NCBI GenBank assembly: GCA_035565395.1
Contig: DATMSK010000207.1
Location: 1-32,808 of the forward strand
Source of the DNA: Methylophilus sp.
GTDB taxonomy: Bacteria > Pseudomonadota > Gammaproteobacteria > Burkholderiales > Methylophilaceae
Direction: 5' to 3'
Length of the DNA stretch: 32,808 nt
Shown: piece after piece, positions 18,427 to 30,967 of the stretch
Position numbering within the stretch: position 1 is the stretch's first letter
Layout of the letters: every line of letters starts with the position of its first letter
The notes under the pieces: model-generated
Databases searched by the model: none
What the model was told of the DNA's origin: nothing
Seen by the model: only the letters and a program-made list of their open reading frames with translations
Program-made: the position numbers and the translations under genes

Positions 18427-19347
18427 TTAAACCTTATCCAGTGTTTGTTGCAAAATACGAACGACTAGTGCATCAAAGTCCATGCCGGCCGCCTTGGCTG
18501 CCATCGGCACCAGGCTATGGTCTGTCATGCCTGGACTGGTATTCACTTCCAGGAAATAGTGTTTACCTGCCTCATCCATCAAAAAGTCCACCCGGCCCCA
18601 GCCCTTGCACCCCAGTACTTTGAATGCCTGCAAGGCTTCAGCCTGGATTTGTTTTTCCTGCTCGGCAGATAAGCCACAAGGGCACAAGTACTCGGTGTCA
18701 TCACGCAGGTACTTGGCTTCATAGTCGTAGTATTCGTTTTTCGGCACGATACGCACGATGGGCAGTGCCGTGTCACCCAGAATGCCGACGGTATACTCGC
18801 CACCACCGACAAACTGCTCGGCAATCACCAGGGGGTCTGACTGCTTAGCCAAGGTGTAGGCAGCTGCCAGGTCACCGGCCTGCTTCACTTTGCTCACACC
18901 GATGCTGGAACCTTCATTGGCGGGTTTCACGAACAGTGGCAGTCCCAGGGCGGTGACGACATTTTCGACATGTGAACTGTCATCCATGAGCACATAGTTA
19001 GGCGTGGTCACGCCAGCAGCCGTCCACAATAATTTGGTACGCCATTTATCCATGCCCAATGCGGAAGCCATCACGCCACTGCCGGTATAAGGGATATCCA
19101 TGAGTTCCAATGCGCCCTGGATAGTGCCGTCTTCGCCAAAACGGCCATGCAATGCAATAAAAGCCCGGTCATACGCCTTCAGCGCAGACAGCTCATGTGT
19201 AGCCGGATCGAATGCATGCGCATCGACGCCCTGGCGTTGCAACGCCGCCAACACGGCAGAACCGCTCTTAAGCGACACTTCACGCTCGCCAGAACGACCA
19301 CCAAACAACACTGCGACTTTGCCAAAAGTTTGCTGATATGCACTCAT
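18427..19347 (-). CDS. ddl: D-alanine--D-alanine ligase
   Basis: [33 protein letters not shown] and EVNTSPGMT. Confidence 0.97.
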   Translation of the reverse strand: MSAYQQTFGKVAVLFGGRSGEREVSLKSGSAVLAALQRQGVDAHAFDPATHELSALKAYDRAFIALHGRFGEDGTIQGALELMDIPYTGSGVMASALGMDKWRTKLLWTAAGVTTPNYVLMDDSSHVENVVTALGLPLFVKPANEGSSIGVSKVKQAGDLAAAYTLAKQSDPLVIAEQFVGGGEYTVGILGDTALPIVRIVPKNEYYDYEAKYLRDDTEYLCPCGLSAEQEKQIQAEALQAFKVLGCKGWGRVDFLMDEAGKHYFLEVNTSPGMTDHSLVPMAAKAAGMDFDALVVRILQQTLDKV

Positions 19348-20249
19348 GCTGTTAAAACACTTTCTCCAATAACTTTTACTTCTTGCACCAATGCCACGCC
19401 CTGTTTTGTACGCACTGTCGTTTTGACATGCTCAATCAGAGCTTCAATATCTGAGGCACTGGCATGCCCCAGATTCACAATAAAGTTGGCATGCTTTTCT
19501 GATACCTGCGCCCCACCGATGGTGGTGCCTTTTAAGCCTGAGGCTTCAATCAAGCGGGCAGCAAAGTCACCTTCAGGATTCCTGAAGGTTGAGCCAGCGC
19601 TAGGCATATTCAGTGGCTGGCTGGCCAATCGCTTGGCCAGCAGCTGTTTAATCTGCTCGGCTGACGCTTTGCCATCTCCCGCAGGCACAGTAAACCAGCC
19701 GCCAAGAAACCACTCATCGGCTGCCGGATGCTGCACATGGCGATAAGTTGGTTGGTATTCTGCCCGCGCACGCACTTGCACCGCGCCGGCACGGTTAATC
19801 GTTTTCACCTCACTGACCCACTGCCAGGTTTCACCACCATAACAACCGGCGTTCATCGCGAGCGCGCCGCCCACGGTGCCGGGAATGCCTGCCATGAATT
19901 CGGCACCTACCCGGTTTTGACTGGCTGCAAATCTTGCCAACTTGGCACACGTCACGCCAGCATCGGCATAAATACGCTCACCTTGCATTTCCAATGCCTG
20001 CAAGGCCTGATGCATCACAACCACCGTGCCGCGCACACCACCATCACGTACCAGTAGGTTGCTACCTAGGCCTATAAACGTCAGCGGCTCACTGGCGGAC
20101 AATTGCTGCAGAAACTGCTGCAACTGTTCCACGCTATCGGCCAGCACCAGACGATCGGCCGGCCCGCCCACTCGCCAGCTGGTATAGCGGGCTAACGGCT
20201 CGTCATGCAGCACTTGTAAACCAGTCGTTTTTAAGCCTGAAGCATTCAT
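19344..20249 (-). CDS. murB: UDP-N-acetylmuramate dehydrogenase
   Basis: [36 protein letters not shown] and KHANFIVN. Confidence 0.97.
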   Translation of the reverse strand: MNASGLKTTGLQVLHDEPLARYTSWRVGGPADRLVLADSVEQLQQFLQQLSASEPLTFIGLGSNLLVRDGGVRGTVVVMHQALQALEMQGERIYADAGVTCAKLARFAASQNRVGAEFMAGIPGTVGGALAMNAGCYGGETWQWVSEVKTINRAGAVQVRARAEYQPTYRHVQHPAADEWFLGGWFTVPAGDGKASAEQIKQLLAKRLASQPLNMPSAGSTFRNPEGDFAARLIEASGLKGTTIGGAQVSEKHANFIVNLGHASASDIEALIEHVKTTVRTKQGVALVQEVKVIGESVLTA

Positions 20250-21640
20250 GCGCTAGCTAGCTCCCTGGTTTTAGCTGCCACGCTGCCAATATTGCCGGCG
20301 CCCATTACAACGACGACATCACCAGGCTGCACGCTATCCAGAATGGTGGCGGGTAACTCATCCGTGGTTTCAACAAAGCGTGGTTCAACCTTGCCATTGA
20401 CGCGGATGGCACGGATCAGGCTGCGCGTATCCGCCGCCACAATCGGCGCTTCGCCAGCGGCATACACTTCCGTCAGCAACAGGGCATCAACCGTAGAAAG
20501 CACTTTCACGAAATCCTCAAAGCAATCACGCGTACGCGTATAACGATGTGGCTGGAACGCCAGCACCAGACGGCGACCTGGAAATGCGCCGCGCGCCGCG
20601 GCAATCACTGCCTGCATTTCAATCGGGTGGTGGCCGTAATCATCCACCAGCGTGAAATGCCCACCATTGACCGGGATTTCACCGTAACGCTCAAAACGAC
20701 GGCCCACGCCACGGAATTCAGCCAAGGCTTTGAGGATGGCGGCATCCGGCACATTGAGCTCAGTGGCAATCGCAATCGCGGCCAGGGCATTCAGCACGTA
20801 ATGATGGCCTGGCAAATTCAAGGTGATTTCGTTACGCAGGGTCTTGCCGTTTTTGCGCACCAGCGTGAAATGCATCTTGCCGTGATCCGCCACAATGTTT
20901 TCAGCACGGATACTGGCTTCTTCATGTGTGCCATAGGTCGTCACTGGCCGGGTGACACGTGGCAGAATTTCACGCACATTGGCATCGTCTATGCACATCA
21001 CGGCCATGCCCCAGAACGGGATCTGCTGCAAAAATTCAACGAACGCCGTTTTGAGCTTATCAAAACTGTGCTCGTAGGTATCCATGTGATCCTGGTCGAT
21101 ATTGGTCACCACAGCCAGGATAGGGGTCAGGTGCAGGAAAGACGCATCAGACTCATCGGCTTCGACCACGATCCATTCGCCGGTACCCAGGCGCGCATTG
21201 GCACTGGCGGCTTCCAGCTTGCCGCCAATCACAAAAGTGGGATCCATCTCGGCCTCAGCCAGGATGCTTGCTATCAGGCTGGTAGTCGTGGTTTTACCGT
21301 GTGTGCCTGCCACTGCAATACCCTGCTTGAAACGCATCAGCTCAGCCAGCATCACAGCACGTGGAATGACTGGCACTTTACGTGCACGGGCGGCGATGAT
21401 TTCAGGGTTTTCTTCATTAATCGCACTAGAAACCACCACGACATCTGCGTCACTCAAATACTCGGAAGCGTGTCCCTGGTAAACCGTGGCACCAAAACCT
21501 TGCAGGCGCTTGGTGGTCGCGTTGCTGGCCAGGTCAGACCCACTCACCTCAAAACCAAGGTTGAGCAACACTTCGGCAATGCCACTCATGCCTGAGCCGC
21601 CTATGCCGATAAAGTGAATCTTTTTAACTTTATGTTTCAT
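20246..21640 (-). CDS. murC: UDP-N-acetylmuramate--L-alanine ligase
   Basis: [26 protein letters not shown] and DDYGHHP. The start is ATG 21640 (ATGA overlap with the murG stop), not 21757. Confidence 0.97.
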   Translation of the reverse strand: MKHKVKKIHFIGIGGSGMSGIAEVLLNLGFEVSGSDLASNATTKRLQGFGATVYQGHASEYLSDADVVVVSSAINEENPEIIAARARKVPVIPRAVMLAELMRFKQGIAVAGTHGKTTTTSLIASILAEAEMDPTFVIGGKLEAASANARLGTGEWIVVEADESDASFLHLTPILAVVTNIDQDHMDTYEHSFDKLKTAFVEFLQQIPFWGMAVMCIDDANVREILPRVTRPVTTYGTHEEASIRAENIVADHGKMHFTLVRKNGKTLRNEITLNLPGHHYVLNALAAIAIATELNVPDAAILKALAEFRGVGRRFERYGEIPVNGGHFTLVDDYGHHPIEMQAVIAAARGAFPGRRLVLAFQPHRYTRTRDCFEDFVKVLSTVDALLLTEVYAAGEAPIVAADTRSLIRAIRVNGKVEPRFVETTDELPATILDSVQPGDVVVVMGAGNIGSVAAKTRELASA

Positions 21641-22737
21641 ACTGAACCTGGTTTCCCGTTTGTCTTTGCGATCGCCAGCTGCTGGCAAATCTCTGCAACC
21701 TGTTGCGTAGCTTGTGGCCTTGCCAAGGCTCTTGCTTTGCTTGCCATCTCCAAGCAAGTGTTGCGATCCAGCGTTTTAAGCGTATTTGCCAGTTGTGTGA
21801 CATCCAGGTCACGCTGCTGAATCAGCAATGCCGCCCCTGCCTGCTGCAAATAAGCCGCATTCGTTGTCTGGTGGTCATCTACCGCAAACGGGAATGGCAC
21901 CAGGATGCTGGCAGCGCCTACATTGGCCAGTTCTGCCACCGTCAATGCACCCGCGCGGCAAATCACAAGATCAGCCCAGGCATAGACTTCGGCCATGTCA
22001 TGGATAAATGCACGGCAATCTGCGGCCACACCCGCTTCTGCATAATTCTTTTTAAGTGCTTCAATCTGCTTCTCACCGGCCTGGTGAATGATCTGCGGAC
22101 GCGCATTGACAGGCAATTGTGCAAACGCCTGCGGGAGCAAGGTATTCAACGCCACGGCGCCCAGGCTGCCCCCAACAACTAACACCCGTAACACGCCATG
22201 ATGTTCGGCAAAACGCTGCTCCGGGACTGGTAACGTCGTAATCACTTCGCGCACCGGATTACCGACCATCTCGCCTTTGGTGCCCAATGCATTGGGGAAA
22301 CCAGTCAATACACGGCTCGCAATGCGGGCCAACACTTTATTGGTCAGCCCGGCAATGGAGTTTTGCTCGTGAATCACCAATGGCACTCCTGCCAATCTGG
22401 CCACGACACCGCCTGGAAACGCAGCAAAACCACCCATGCCCAACACCACATCAGGCCGTTGCTGTTTAATGGCCTCCCTGGCTTGTGCAAATGCGCGGGC
22501 CAGTTTCACCGGCAAAGTCAGCCAGCCCATCAGACCTTTGCCGCGCACGCCTTGCATGGTCATCATGGCTTTGTCATAGGGCTTGTCGGCAATCAGGCGA
22601 TTTTCCATACCGCCTTCAGTGGCGAGCCAGACAATTTTCCAGCCTTGCGCATGCAACGCGTCGGCCACGGCGATAGCAGGATACACATGCCCTCCTGTGC
22701 CGCCTGCCATCACCATCAATGTGTATGCACGGCTCAT
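21637..22737 (-). CDS. murG: Lipid II GlcNAc transferase MurG
   Basis: [26 protein letters not shown] and DDHQTTNA. Confidence 0.97.
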   Translation of the reverse strand: MSRAYTLMVMAGGTGGHVYPAIAVADALHAQGWKIVWLATEGGMENRLIADKPYDKAMMTMQGVRGKGLMGWLTLPVKLARAFAQAREAIKQQRPDVVLGMGGFAAFPGGVVARLAGVPLVIHEQNSIAGLTNKVLARIASRVLTGFPNALGTKGEMVGNPVREVITTLPVPEQRFAEHHGVLRVLVVGGSLGAVALNTLLPQAFAQLPVNARPQIIHQAGEKQIEALKKNYAEAGVAADCRAFIHDMAEVYAWADLVICRAGALTVAELANVGAASILVPFPFAVDDHQTTNAAYLQQAGAALLIQQRDLDVTQLANTLKTLDRNTCLEMASKARALARPQATQQVAEICQQLAIAKTNGKPGSV

Positions 22738-23900
22738 CAGTTCAAGCCTTTCTGCAAACGACGGTTTTCAAAATCAATACGCAATAACACGGACAGCGCA
22801 ATGCAATTGGCCAAAATGCCACTACCACCGTAAGACAGTAGTGGCAAAGTCAGGCCTTTGGTCGGCAACAGGCCCATATTTACACCCATATTGATAAAGC
22901 CCTGTACGCCCATCCACACGCCGATGCCTTGTGCGAGTAACGCTGAGTAATAACGCTCATTGGCCACCGCTTCCTTGGCAATACTGAAGGCGCGGATCAC
23001 CAGCCAGGCAAACAGCAATACCACAACTAGAACCCCCACATAGCCCAACTCTTCGGCCACCACGGCCAGCAGGAAATCGGTATGTGCTTCTGGCAGGTAC
23101 AACAGCTTTTCTACGCTGCCACCCAAGCCCACACCCCAGAACTCACCGCGACCAAACGCGATCAAGGCATGAGACAGCTGGTAACCGGTATCAAACGGGT
23201 CATCAAATGGATTTAAAAAGCCTTTCATGCGTTCCAAGCGATAAGGCTCCATGACCACTAGGCCAATCACTGCCAATGGCAGGGCACCGAGCATCGCCAA
23301 GAACACTTTCAGGTTGACGCCACCTAGCCACATGATGGAAAACGCAATCGATGCAGTCACGGCAAAAGCACCAAAATCCGGTTCTTTAAGCAGCAAAACA
23401 CCTACAAACACCATCACGCCTAGCATCGGCAAGAAGCCTTTTTTAAAGCTGTGCATATTGCTGGCCTTGCGCACGGCATAGTCCGAGGCATACATGGCAA
23501 TAAATAACTTCATGAGTTCTGAAGGTTGCAGATTCATGATCAGCAGTGAAATCCAGCGGCGGCTACCATTCACCACCTTGCCAATGCCTGGGATCAATAC
23601 CAGGATTAGCAGCACAATGCCCATAATAAACAGGTAAGGCGACATTTTTTGCCACCAGGCCATCGGTATCTGGAATACGATCACGGCAGCCACCAGGCCA
23701 ACGACGATATACAAGGCCTGACGTACCAGGAAGTAAGTACTGTTGTGCCCGAACATCTTGCTGGAATCAGCATAGGCAATTGAGGCTGAATAGACCATCA
23801 CCATGCCGAACGCCAGCAAGGACAGCACCACCCACAATAACGACACATCGTAGTTAGGAGAGTTGTAGCGCTCGCGATTCATCATGAGTGGCCCAAGCAT
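22737..23900 (-). CDS. ftsW: Septal peptidoglycan glycosyltransferase FtsW
   Basis: MVYSAS, RRWI, QPSE, EPDFG, LPEAHTDF and SYGGS; GGAGG RBS before ATG 23900. Confidence 0.97.
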   Translation of the reverse strand: MLGPLMMNRERYNSPNYDVSLLWVVLSLLAFGMVMVYSASIAYADSSKMFGHNSTYFLVRQALYIVVGLVAAVIVFQIPMAWWQKMSPYLFIMGIVLLILVLIPGIGKVVNGSRRWISLLIMNLQPSELMKLFIAMYASDYAVRKASNMHSFKKGFLPMLGVMVFVGVLLLKEPDFGAFAVTASIAFSIMWLGGVNLKVFLAMLGALPLAVIGLVVMEPYRLERMKGFLNPFDDPFDTGYQLSHALIAFGRGEFWGVGLGGSVEKLLYLPEAHTDFLLAVVAEELGYVGVLVVVLLFAWLVIRAFSIAKEAVANERYYSALLAQGIGVWMGVQGFINMGVNMGLLPTKGLTLPLLSYGGSGILANCIALSVLLRIDFENRRLQKGLN

Positions 23901-25255
23901 GCGACCTCCATGGCTTTCACCGCTTCCACAAATACTTGCGCTCTATGTTCGTAATTGCGGAACATATCGAAACTGGCACACGCTGGTGACAACAGCACTG
24001 CGTCCCCTTCTTCGGCCAGGGTTTTGGCAATGTGAACCGCTGCGGTCAAATCCACCGCATCCACGACCGGCAATTGCACGTTGTGCAAAATTTGCTGGAT
24101 TTTGGGTCCATCGCGACCAATCAGCACGACGGCCCTTGCATGGTGCAATACCGCTTCGCGCAAGGGGCTGAAATCCTGGCCTTTACCATCCCCGCCAGCA
24201 ATCAGTACCACTTTTTGTGGTTTCCCCTGTTTGAGCATGCCACTGATGGCCGCGCAAGTCGCACCGACATTGGTCCCTTTAGAGTCGTCGTAGAAGTCAA
24301 CGTCATCAATATTTGCTACCCACTCTACACGGTGCGGCAACCCACTAAAGGACTGCACGGTATGCAGGATAGAGACCTTGTCTATCCCAATAGACTGGGT
24401 CAGGGCAATCGCCGCCAGTGCATTGGCGATATTGTGTTTGCCTCGAATCTGCAAACTGTCTGCTTCAATATAGTGTCGGTTACCTGCGCATAACCAGCCC
24501 GCATCATTCAGACCGTAATCGTTGATGGTCGGGGAAGGATTCACGCCAAACGACACCTGTGGCAACTGGCCAGCAAGTGCAGCACTAGGCGCGTCATCAC
24601 GATTCACCACTGCAATGCGGGCCTGCTGGTAAATACGGGCTTTGGCATGCGCATAATCCTCCATGCCATCGTACCGGTCCATATGATCTTCAGACAGGTT
24701 CAGGATAGTGGCTGCGTCTGCCTGTAGGCTATAGGTCGTCTCCAGCTGGAAACTGGAAAGCTCGAGTACATAGACATCAGGCGCAGTCATTTCCAAGGTG
24801 TCCAGCACGGGCAGGCCAATATTGCCGGCGACAATGGTATTCAACCCTGCCTGCTTGCAGATCTCGCCGACCAATGAGGTCACCGTGGTTTTACCATTGG
24901 ACCCTGTGATCGCAATCACTTTGGCATACGGTGCACGGAAACGGGCAAACAGCTCCACGTCACCAACCACGCTTTTACCTTGCGCCCTCAGTTCGACAAT
25001 GGCAGGCTCTCTCAAAGAAACACCCGGGCTTGCCACAATCAGGTCCATGGCAGCCAATAAAGAGGCATTGAACGCGCCAAGATGGTACTCCACATCGGGA
25101 AACTCTTGATGCAGACGATCCAGGCCAGACGGATGCAGGCGTGAATCAAACATCACCACTTCCGCGCCCATCTGGCGCAGCCAGCGCAATGCCGAGAATC
25201 CGGTTTCACCCAGTCCCAGTACTGCAATACGCTGTTGTTCGAAGTGTTTTTTCAT
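23882..25255 (-). CDS. murD: UDP-MurNAc-L-Ala--D-glutamate ligase
   Basis: [24 protein letters not shown] and SPACASFD. Confidence 0.97.
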   Translation of the reverse strand: MKKHFEQQRIAVLGLGETGFSALRWLRQMGAEVVMFDSRLHPSGLDRLHQEFPDVEYHLGAFNASLLAAMDLIVASPGVSLREPAIVELRAQGKSVVGDVELFARFRAPYAKVIAITGSNGKTTVTSLVGEICKQAGLNTIVAGNIGLPVLDTLEMTAPDVYVLELSSFQLETTYSLQADAATILNLSEDHMDRYDGMEDYAHAKARIYQQARIAVVNRDDAPSAALAGQLPQVSFGVNPSPTINDYGLNDAGWLCAGNRHYIEADSLQIRGKHNIANALAAIALTQSIGIDKVSILHTVQSFSGLPHRVEWVANIDDVDFYDDSKGTNVGATCAAISGMLKQGKPQKVVLIAGGDGKGQDFSPLREAVLHHARAVVLIGRDGPKIQQILHNVQLPVVDAVDLTAAVHIAKTLAEEGDAVLLSPACASFDMFRNYEHRAQVFVEAVKAMEVACLGHS

Positions 25256-25283
25256 GCTTTCGCCTGACGTTTGACCCAGTGTC

Positions 25284-26387
25284 TTATCTCAATTTCAAGG
25301 TGGACAACCCAACCAGTACCAGCATCATGGTAATAATCCAGAAACGAACCACGACTTGCGTTTCTTTCCAGCCCTTTTGCTCATAGTGGTGATGCAAGGG
25401 TGCCATGAGGAAAATGCGTTTACCGGTGCCAGTCATTTTCTTGGTGTATTTGAAATACAGCACTTGCACCGCGACCGAGAAGGTTTCCACCACAAATACG
25501 CCACCCATGATGAATAACACGATTTCCTGGCGCACTATCACCGCGACCACACCCAACGCAGCGCCGAGTGCCAGCGCACCAACATCCCCCATAAATACTT
25601 CGGCCGGATAAGCGTTAAACCAAAGAAAGCCAAGCCCGGCACCTGCCATGGCTGCACAAAACACCATCAACTCACTTGCACCAGCCACATAAGGAATGCC
25701 CAGGTATTTGGAAAATACGGCATGGCCGGCCACGTAAGAAAAGATAGCCAGTGCGCTCCCCACCAGCACGGTTGGCAGCGTTGCCAGGCCATCAAGGCCG
25801 TCCGTCAGGTTGACTGCATTACTGCTACCGACAATCACCAGGTAAGTCAGCACAATGAAACCGACCGCACCGAGCGGGAACACCAGATGTTTGAAGAAAG
25901 GCACGATGAGCGTGGTTTCTTCCGGCGTGGTTGCTGTGGCATACAGGAAACCCGCAACGCCAAAACCGATCAGGCTTTGCCAGAAATACTTCTCTTTGGC
26001 AGACAATCCTTTGGGATTTTTGTAGACCACTTTGCGGTAGTCATCTACCCAGCCCACGGCGCCAAAGCCTAGCGTGGTAATCAGAACTACCCAGATAAAA
26101 CGGTTATGCAGGTTGCCCCACAGCAAGGTTGCAATCGCAATCGCCACCAGGATCAGCGCACCGCCCATGGTCGGTGTACCCGCCTTAACCAGATGCGTTT
26201 GCGGACCATCATCACGCACAGCCTGGCCAACCTTGTATTCAGTCAGCTTGCGGATCATGGCCGGGCCAACCATAAATGAAATCGCCAGTGCCGTCAGTGT
26301 CGCGAGCACAGCGCGGAAGGTGATGTAATTAAATACATGGAATCCATGTACATCAGCTGCCAGCCATTTTGCCAATTCAAGTAACAT
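25284..26387 (-). CDS. mraY: Phospho-MurNAc-pentapeptide transferase
   Basis: [29 protein letters not shown] and APLHHHYE. Confidence 0.98.
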   Translation of the reverse strand: MLLELAKWLAADVHGFHVFNYITFRAVLATLTALAISFMVGPAMIRKLTEYKVGQAVRDDGPQTHLVKAGTPTMGGALILVAIAIATLLWGNLHNRFIWVVLITTLGFGAVGWVDDYRKVVYKNPKGLSAKEKYFWQSLIGFGVAGFLYATATTPEETTLIVPFFKHLVFPLGAVGFIVLTYLVIVGSSNAVNLTDGLDGLATLPTVLVGSALAIFSYVAGHAVFSKYLGIPYVAGASELMVFCAAMAGAGLGFLWFNAYPAEVFMGDVGALALGAALGVVAVIVRQEIVLFIMGGVFVVETFSVAVQVLYFKYTKKMTGTGKRIFLMAPLHHHYEQKGWKETQVVVRFWIITMMLVLVGLSTLKLR

Positions 26388-26395
26388 AAGCTTCC

Positions 26396-27760
26396 CTATT
26401 TCCCCACTAACTCAGTGGCCTGTGATTCCACCAAGGCATTGACGACCCGCTCCATTTGCATGAACCGTGACCCCTTCACCAATACCACATCGTTTGTTGT
26501 TGTTTCATGCTGCAAAGCCGCCACCAAAGCCTCGAGCGAGGCAAAATGCTGTGCTTGTGCCCCAAAGGCTTGCACGGCTGCTTGCGTTAACTTGCCCAAG
26601 GCATACATCCTGGCGATGCCACTCTCTTTAGCGTAACGACCGACCTCTGCGTGCATGGCCTCCGCATCCGTACCTAACTCGCCCATATCGCCCATCACAA
26701 ATACGGTATTTGCACCACTGCTTTTCAATACATCCAGGGCAACCTTCATGGAGTCCGGATTGGCGTTATAAGTATCGTCAATCAACCTCGCACCATTGGC
26801 TGCCACTTTTTGCTGCAAACGGCCTTTCACACCGGCAAAGCCTTGTAACCCTTGCGCAACTTCCGCCAGGCTGGCGCCAGCTGCCAAACTGGCCGCCGCC
26901 GCGGCCAATGCATTCATGATGTTGTGTGCGCCGGGTACCACCAGCGTCAATGTCACGGCGTCGCCCTGGTAATGCAGTTCAAAAGTGGACTCTGCATCCG
27001 TGATTTCGCCACGCACATTAGCCGCTGGATGCAAACCAAATGTGAGCACGCGACGTTCTTTATTTAATCCGCGCCAGTAGTCTGCAAATTCGCTATCCGC
27101 ATTGATGACTGCAATCCCGTCATGACTCAATCCAGCAAAAATCTCGCCTTTGGCTTTGGCAATGTTTTCGCGTGAGCCAAGTTCACCGATATGAGCGGTA
27201 CCTGCGTTATTAATGACCGCCACATCAGGGCGGGCCAAGCGCGTCAGGTAGTCAATCTCGCCCAGGTGATTCATGCCCATTTCAATCACTGCACAACGGT
27301 GAGCAGGCCGCAACCGTAACAAGGTAAGCGGCATGCCAATGTCATTATTGAAGTTACCCGCTGTTGCCAACACATTGTCTGCACTACCCACATGCGCCTG
27401 CATGATGGCAGCGATCATTTCCTTGGTGGTTGTTTTGCCATTACTGCCCGTGACGGCGATTAATGGCAAAGCCAGTTGCTGACGCCACCAACTGGATAAC
27501 TGACCCAATGCCAGGCGTGTATCTTTTACCAATACCGTCGGCAAGTGCGTTTCAACTGGCTTACTGACCAGCGCGGCCACCGCTCCTTGCGCAGCCACCT
27601 GGTCCAGGAAATCGTGACCATCAAACTTTTCCCCTGCCAAAGCGACAAATAATTGTCCTGGCTTAGCACGACGACTATCAGTGTCGACTGAAGTCACCAC
27701 GGCGTCGCCACCTTGCAAAGTGCCTTTTAATACGTCAGCAATGGTGTGCAGTGAAATCAT
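26396..27760 (-). CDS. murF: UDP-MurNAc-tripeptide--D-Ala-D-Ala ligase
   Basis: [29 protein letters not shown] and KGSR. The start is ATG 27760, overlapping the murE stop. Confidence 0.96.
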   Translation of the reverse strand: MISLHTIADVLKGTLQGGDAVVTSVDTDSRRAKPGQLFVALAGEKFDGHDFLDQVAAQGAVAALVSKPVETHLPTVLVKDTRLALGQLSSWWRQQLALPLIAVTGSNGKTTTKEMIAAIMQAHVGSADNVLATAGNFNNDIGMPLTLLRLRPAHRCAVIEMGMNHLGEIDYLTRLARPDVAVINNAGTAHIGELGSRENIAKAKGEIFAGLSHDGIAVINADSEFADYWRGLNKERRVLTFGLHPAANVRGEITDAESTFELHYQGDAVTLTLVVPGAHNIMNALAAAAASLAAGASLAEVAQGLQGFAGVKGRLQQKVAANGARLIDDTYNANPDSMKVALDVLKSSGANTVFVMGDMGELGTDAEAMHAEVGRYAKESGIARMYALGKLTQAAVQAFGAQAQHFASLEALVAALQHETTTNDVVLVKGSRFMQMERVVNALVESQATELVGK

Positions 27761-29217
27761 GCTTGCACCTTTTGCTTTAATGCGTGTTGATTGGGTACGC
27801 TCTTTTTCAATGCGTTTTGCACCCACTCGGCATCACTGAATGGATAACGAATCCCCTGGATTTCCTGGTAATCTTCATGCCCCTTGCCAGCCACCAACAC
27901 CACATCCCCTTTACTGGCCTGACTGACGGCAAGCGCGATGGCTTTTGCCCGGTCCACCTCTACATTGACTTCACGCATCATGCCTTCAGCAATGGCAGCG
28001 ATAATGGCATAAGGATTTTCGGTACGTGGATTATCATTGGTCACAATGACTGTATCCGCCAGCTCATCGGCAATTCGCCCCATTTCACTGCGTTTGCCAC
28101 TGTCACGGTCACCGCCACAGCCGAATACGCAGAGCAATTTGCCACGGGCCTGAACACGTAAGGTATGCAGTGCTTTCTCCAATGCATCCGGCGTGTGTGC
28201 GTAATCCACCACCACCAATGGCAAATCGCCCCCGCCAAACATCTGCATGCGCCCAGCGACCGGCACCAGGCCAGAGACAGCCTGCAAGGCAGCAGGCAAA
28301 GCCACCTCATTGGCAAGCAGGCATGCCAATACCGCCAACGCGTTATAGACGTTAAACTGCCCTAAGGCATGCAGCTGGATATCGCCGCGGCCTTGCGCCG
28401 TATGTACCTGGATTTCAAACCCAGTCGCATGCATGGTGACTGCCGTGGCACAAACATCAGCCTCCTGATGCAAGCCATAACTCAGCACCTTTTTGCCCTG
28501 TTTGCGCAATGCATCAATCAAATCCAGGCCAAACGTGTCATCTGCGTTCACCACAGCAGCAGAGAGTGTTTGCCAGTCGAACAATTTACGCTTGGCAGCC
28601 TGGTAAGCTTCCATGGTGAGGTGGTAGTCAAGATGATCGCGCGTCAAATTCGTAAACACCGCGACATCAAATGCCACCCCATTAACACGTCCCTGGTCCA
28701 GGCCATGTGAAGACACTTCCATAGCAACCATGCGAACGTCATCCAACACAAATGTGGCCAGCATTCTTTGCAACTCCACGGGGCCGGGAGTCGTATTTTG
28801 CGTTGGTTGCAAATCCTCGATTGGGCCATTACCCAAGGTTCCAATCACTGCGGACTTCTGTTGCAGGAAACGATAAGCCTGTGCCAGCCAATGCGTCACC
28901 GTGGTTTTGCCATTAGTGCCCGTGACCCCCACGCACCACAATTGCTCGGATGGGTCTTTATAAAACTGGCTGGCGATGTGCCCGACTTGTGACTTGAGGT
29001 CCGCAATAGCGATGTTATGCACGGTCCACTCAGGATTCCAGTCAAAACCCTCGCTATCCCAGATCACCGTATTCACGCCTTTAGCAATAGCATCCTCAAT
29101 ATAGTCGCGGCCATCGCTGTGCTGACCCGGGTATGCGAGGAACAGGCCATGCTTTTCGACCTGGCGGCTATCAGCCGTGATGCCGTGTACTGGCGCTGGA
29201 ATAATGTACTTACTCAC
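27757..29217 (-). CDS. murE: UDP-MurNAc-dipeptide--meso-diaminopimelate ligase
   Basis: GTNGKTT, MEVSSH, DYAHTPD and DNPR (meso-DAP specificity motif); GTG start after GGAGG. Confidence 0.96.
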   Translation of the reverse strand: MSKYIIPAPVHGITADSRQVEKHGLFLAYPGQHSDGRDYIEDAIAKGVNTVIWDSEGFDWNPEWTVHNIAIADLKSQVGHIASQFYKDPSEQLWCVGVTGTNGKTTVTHWLAQAYRFLQQKSAVIGTLGNGPIEDLQPTQNTTPGPVELQRMLATFVLDDVRMVAMEVSSHGLDQGRVNGVAFDVAVFTNLTRDHLDYHLTMEAYQAAKRKLFDWQTLSAAVVNADDTFGLDLIDALRKQGKKVLSYGLHQEADVCATAVTMHATGFEIQVHTAQGRGDIQLHALGQFNVYNALAVLACLLANEVALPAALQAVSGLVPVAGRMQMFGGGDLPLVVVDYAHTPDALEKALHTLRVQARGKLLCVFGCGGDRDSGKRSEMGRIADELADTVIVTNDNPRTENPYAIIAAIAEGMMREVNVEVDRAKAIALAVSQASKGDVVLVAGKGHEDYQEIQGIRYPFSDAEWVQNALKKSVPNQHALKQKVQA

Positions 29218-30947
29218 ATCGCCTCCTTGACTTCAGCGGCATCTGCCGAGGTAGTGGCCGGGACCACATTGCCATCTTGCGGAATCACCAGCATGCGCAA
29301 CACATCGTTCATGACTGCACTAAAGACCGGTGCAGCCACGCTGCCACCGTAATATTCACCATTACTAGGCTCATCTATCATTACCGCCATGATCAGGCGT
29401 GGATTCGAAGCGGGCACCATACCAACAAAGGAACCCACATATTTGTCATGCTCGTACCCACCCGCACCCAGCTTGTGCGCAGTGCCGGTTTTGCCTGCCA
29501 CCCGATACCCCGTGACCTGCGCTTTCAATGCCGTCCCCCCTGGCTGCACCACCAGCTCCAGCATGTCTTTCACTGAATTAGCCACCTTGGCTGAAAACAC
29601 CTGGCGGCCCACAGGCGGCTCAGACAGTTTGGTCAAGGTCACAGGCAATAACTCACCTTCATTGGCAAACACAGTGTAAGCGCGCGCCAGCTGCAACAAG
29701 GTCACGCTGATGCCGTGACCATAAGACATGGTGGCCTGCTCGATAGGACGCCAGGTCTTGTAATCGCGAACCTTGCCCGCCGCTTCACCAGGGAAACCAA
29801 TTTTAGTTGGTGTCCCAAAGCCCAATTGCACATAGGTATTCCACAACTGCTCGCGATTCAGATCGAGCGCCATTTTGGCGGAGCCAACATTAGAAGACTT
29901 CTGAATCACTTGCGACACGCTGAGCACCTGGTTAGGGTGTGCATCATGTATGGTTGCAGTGCCTATACGCAGGTAACCCGGCGCAGTCTGGATTTTGGTA
30001 TCCGGCTGGTATGGGCCAAACTCCATCGCAGCAGCGGCAGTCACCGGCTTCATCGTCGAGCCCGGTTCAAAAATATTGACGATGGCGGAGTTACGCAGCT
30101 TGCTGGCGACATTGACCGGATTATTGGGGTTATAGGTCGGAATATTCACCAGCGCCAGTACCTCACCAGTCTGGGCATCCAGCACCACTGCTGCAGCCGC
30201 TTTGGCTTTATGTTTTTCCACTGCGCGAGACAATTCACGGTGGACCACGTATTGCACAGTACGGTCTATGCTCAATACGAGATCCTGGCCATCGTGCGGC
30301 AACTTGACCGCCACCAGGTCTTCAACCACATGCCCCTTACGATCACGCACAAAGTCACGCTTGCCTGGCGTGCCAGACAACACATTGTTGCGATATAACT
30401 CCATGCCCTCAACACCGGTATCATCCACACCGGTGAAACCGACGATATGCGCCGCCACTTCTGCCGCCGGGTAGAAGCGTTTGTATTCCTTCTGGCTGAA
30501 TACACCGGGCACTTTCATCGCCATCACCTGTTTTGCCACATCGGGCGCCACTCTCCGTTTGATATACACAAATTCTTTTTTCTTTTGCTGCACTTTCTGC
30601 TGCAACTCTCTTGCTGGCATCCCCAGCAATTTGGCCATTTGTTTCAACTGCACCGCCGAGATTTGCACATCGGTCGGGTTCACCCACACCGACTCCACCG
30701 GCAAACTGATCGCCAATGGTTTGAAGTTACGGTCATAAATCTTGCCGCGATGTGGCATCAACACCACTTTGCGCCGTGAAAACGCCTCTCCCTTTTTAAT
30801 CAGGTAATCCTTATGCAAGGTTTGCAGGTAAAACCCGCGCCCCAGCAGCAGGGCAAAGCTCAACAGCAACAACACCAACAGCGTTCTTCTACGCCAGGCG
30901 GGCAGCTTCACCAGCTTGTGTTGACTCTCTTTCAGCAACATGACCAT
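29214..30947 (-). CDS. ftsI: Septal transpeptidase FtsI (PBP3)
   Basis: TM anchor, RGKIYDRN, EPGSTMK (SxxK), SSN (SxN) and KTGT (KTG). Confidence 0.97.
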   Translation of the reverse strand: MVMLLKESQHKLVKLPAWRRRTLLVLLLLSFALLLGRGFYLQTLHKDYLIKKGEAFSRRKVVLMPHRGKIYDRNFKPLAISLPVESVWVNPTDVQISAVQLKQMAKLLGMPARELQQKVQQKKKEFVYIKRRVAPDVAKQVMAMKVPGVFSQKEYKRFYPAAEVAAHIVGFTGVDDTGVEGMELYRNNVLSGTPGKRDFVRDRKGHVVEDLVAVKLPHDGQDLVLSIDRTVQYVVHRELSRAVEKHKAKAAAAVVLDAQTGEVLALVNIPTYNPNNPVNVASKLRNSAIVNIFEPGSTMKPVTAAAAMEFGPYQPDTKIQTAPGYLRIGTATIHDAHPNQVLSVSQVIQKSSNVGSAKMALDLNREQLWNTYVQLGFGTPTKIGFPGEAAGKVRDYKTWRPIEQATMSYGHGISVTLLQLARAYTVFANEGELLPVTLTKLSEPPVGRQVFSAKVANSVKDMLELVVQPGGTALKAQVTGYRVAGKTGTAHKLGAGGYEHDKYVGSFVGMVPASNPRLIMAVMIDEPSNGEYYGGSVAAPVFSAVMNDVLRMLVIPQDGNVVPATTSADAAEVKEAM

Positions 30948-30967
30948 TAACCTGCAACCATTCCTGC

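Noticed and set aside
20546-21595. 349-aa plus-strand ORF antisense to murC
   Set aside because: Shadow ORF fully opposite a conserved essential gene, with no recognisable motifs.
21641-21757. N-terminal extensions of murC (and likewise murF 27761-27826 and rsmH 32258-32347) in the ORF track
   Set aside because: Artefacts of longest-ORF calling; the downstream ATGs overlap the upstream stops in the usual ATGA coupling.
29206-29217. GTGAGTAAGTAC resembling the SlmA-binding site GTGAGTACTCAC
   Set aside because: Only 9 of 12 positions match, it is not palindromic, and it is explained by the murE start codons.
29715-30398. 227-aa ORF antisense to ftsI, and the many similar short antisense ORFs
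   Set aside because: Explained by codon bias of the sense genes.
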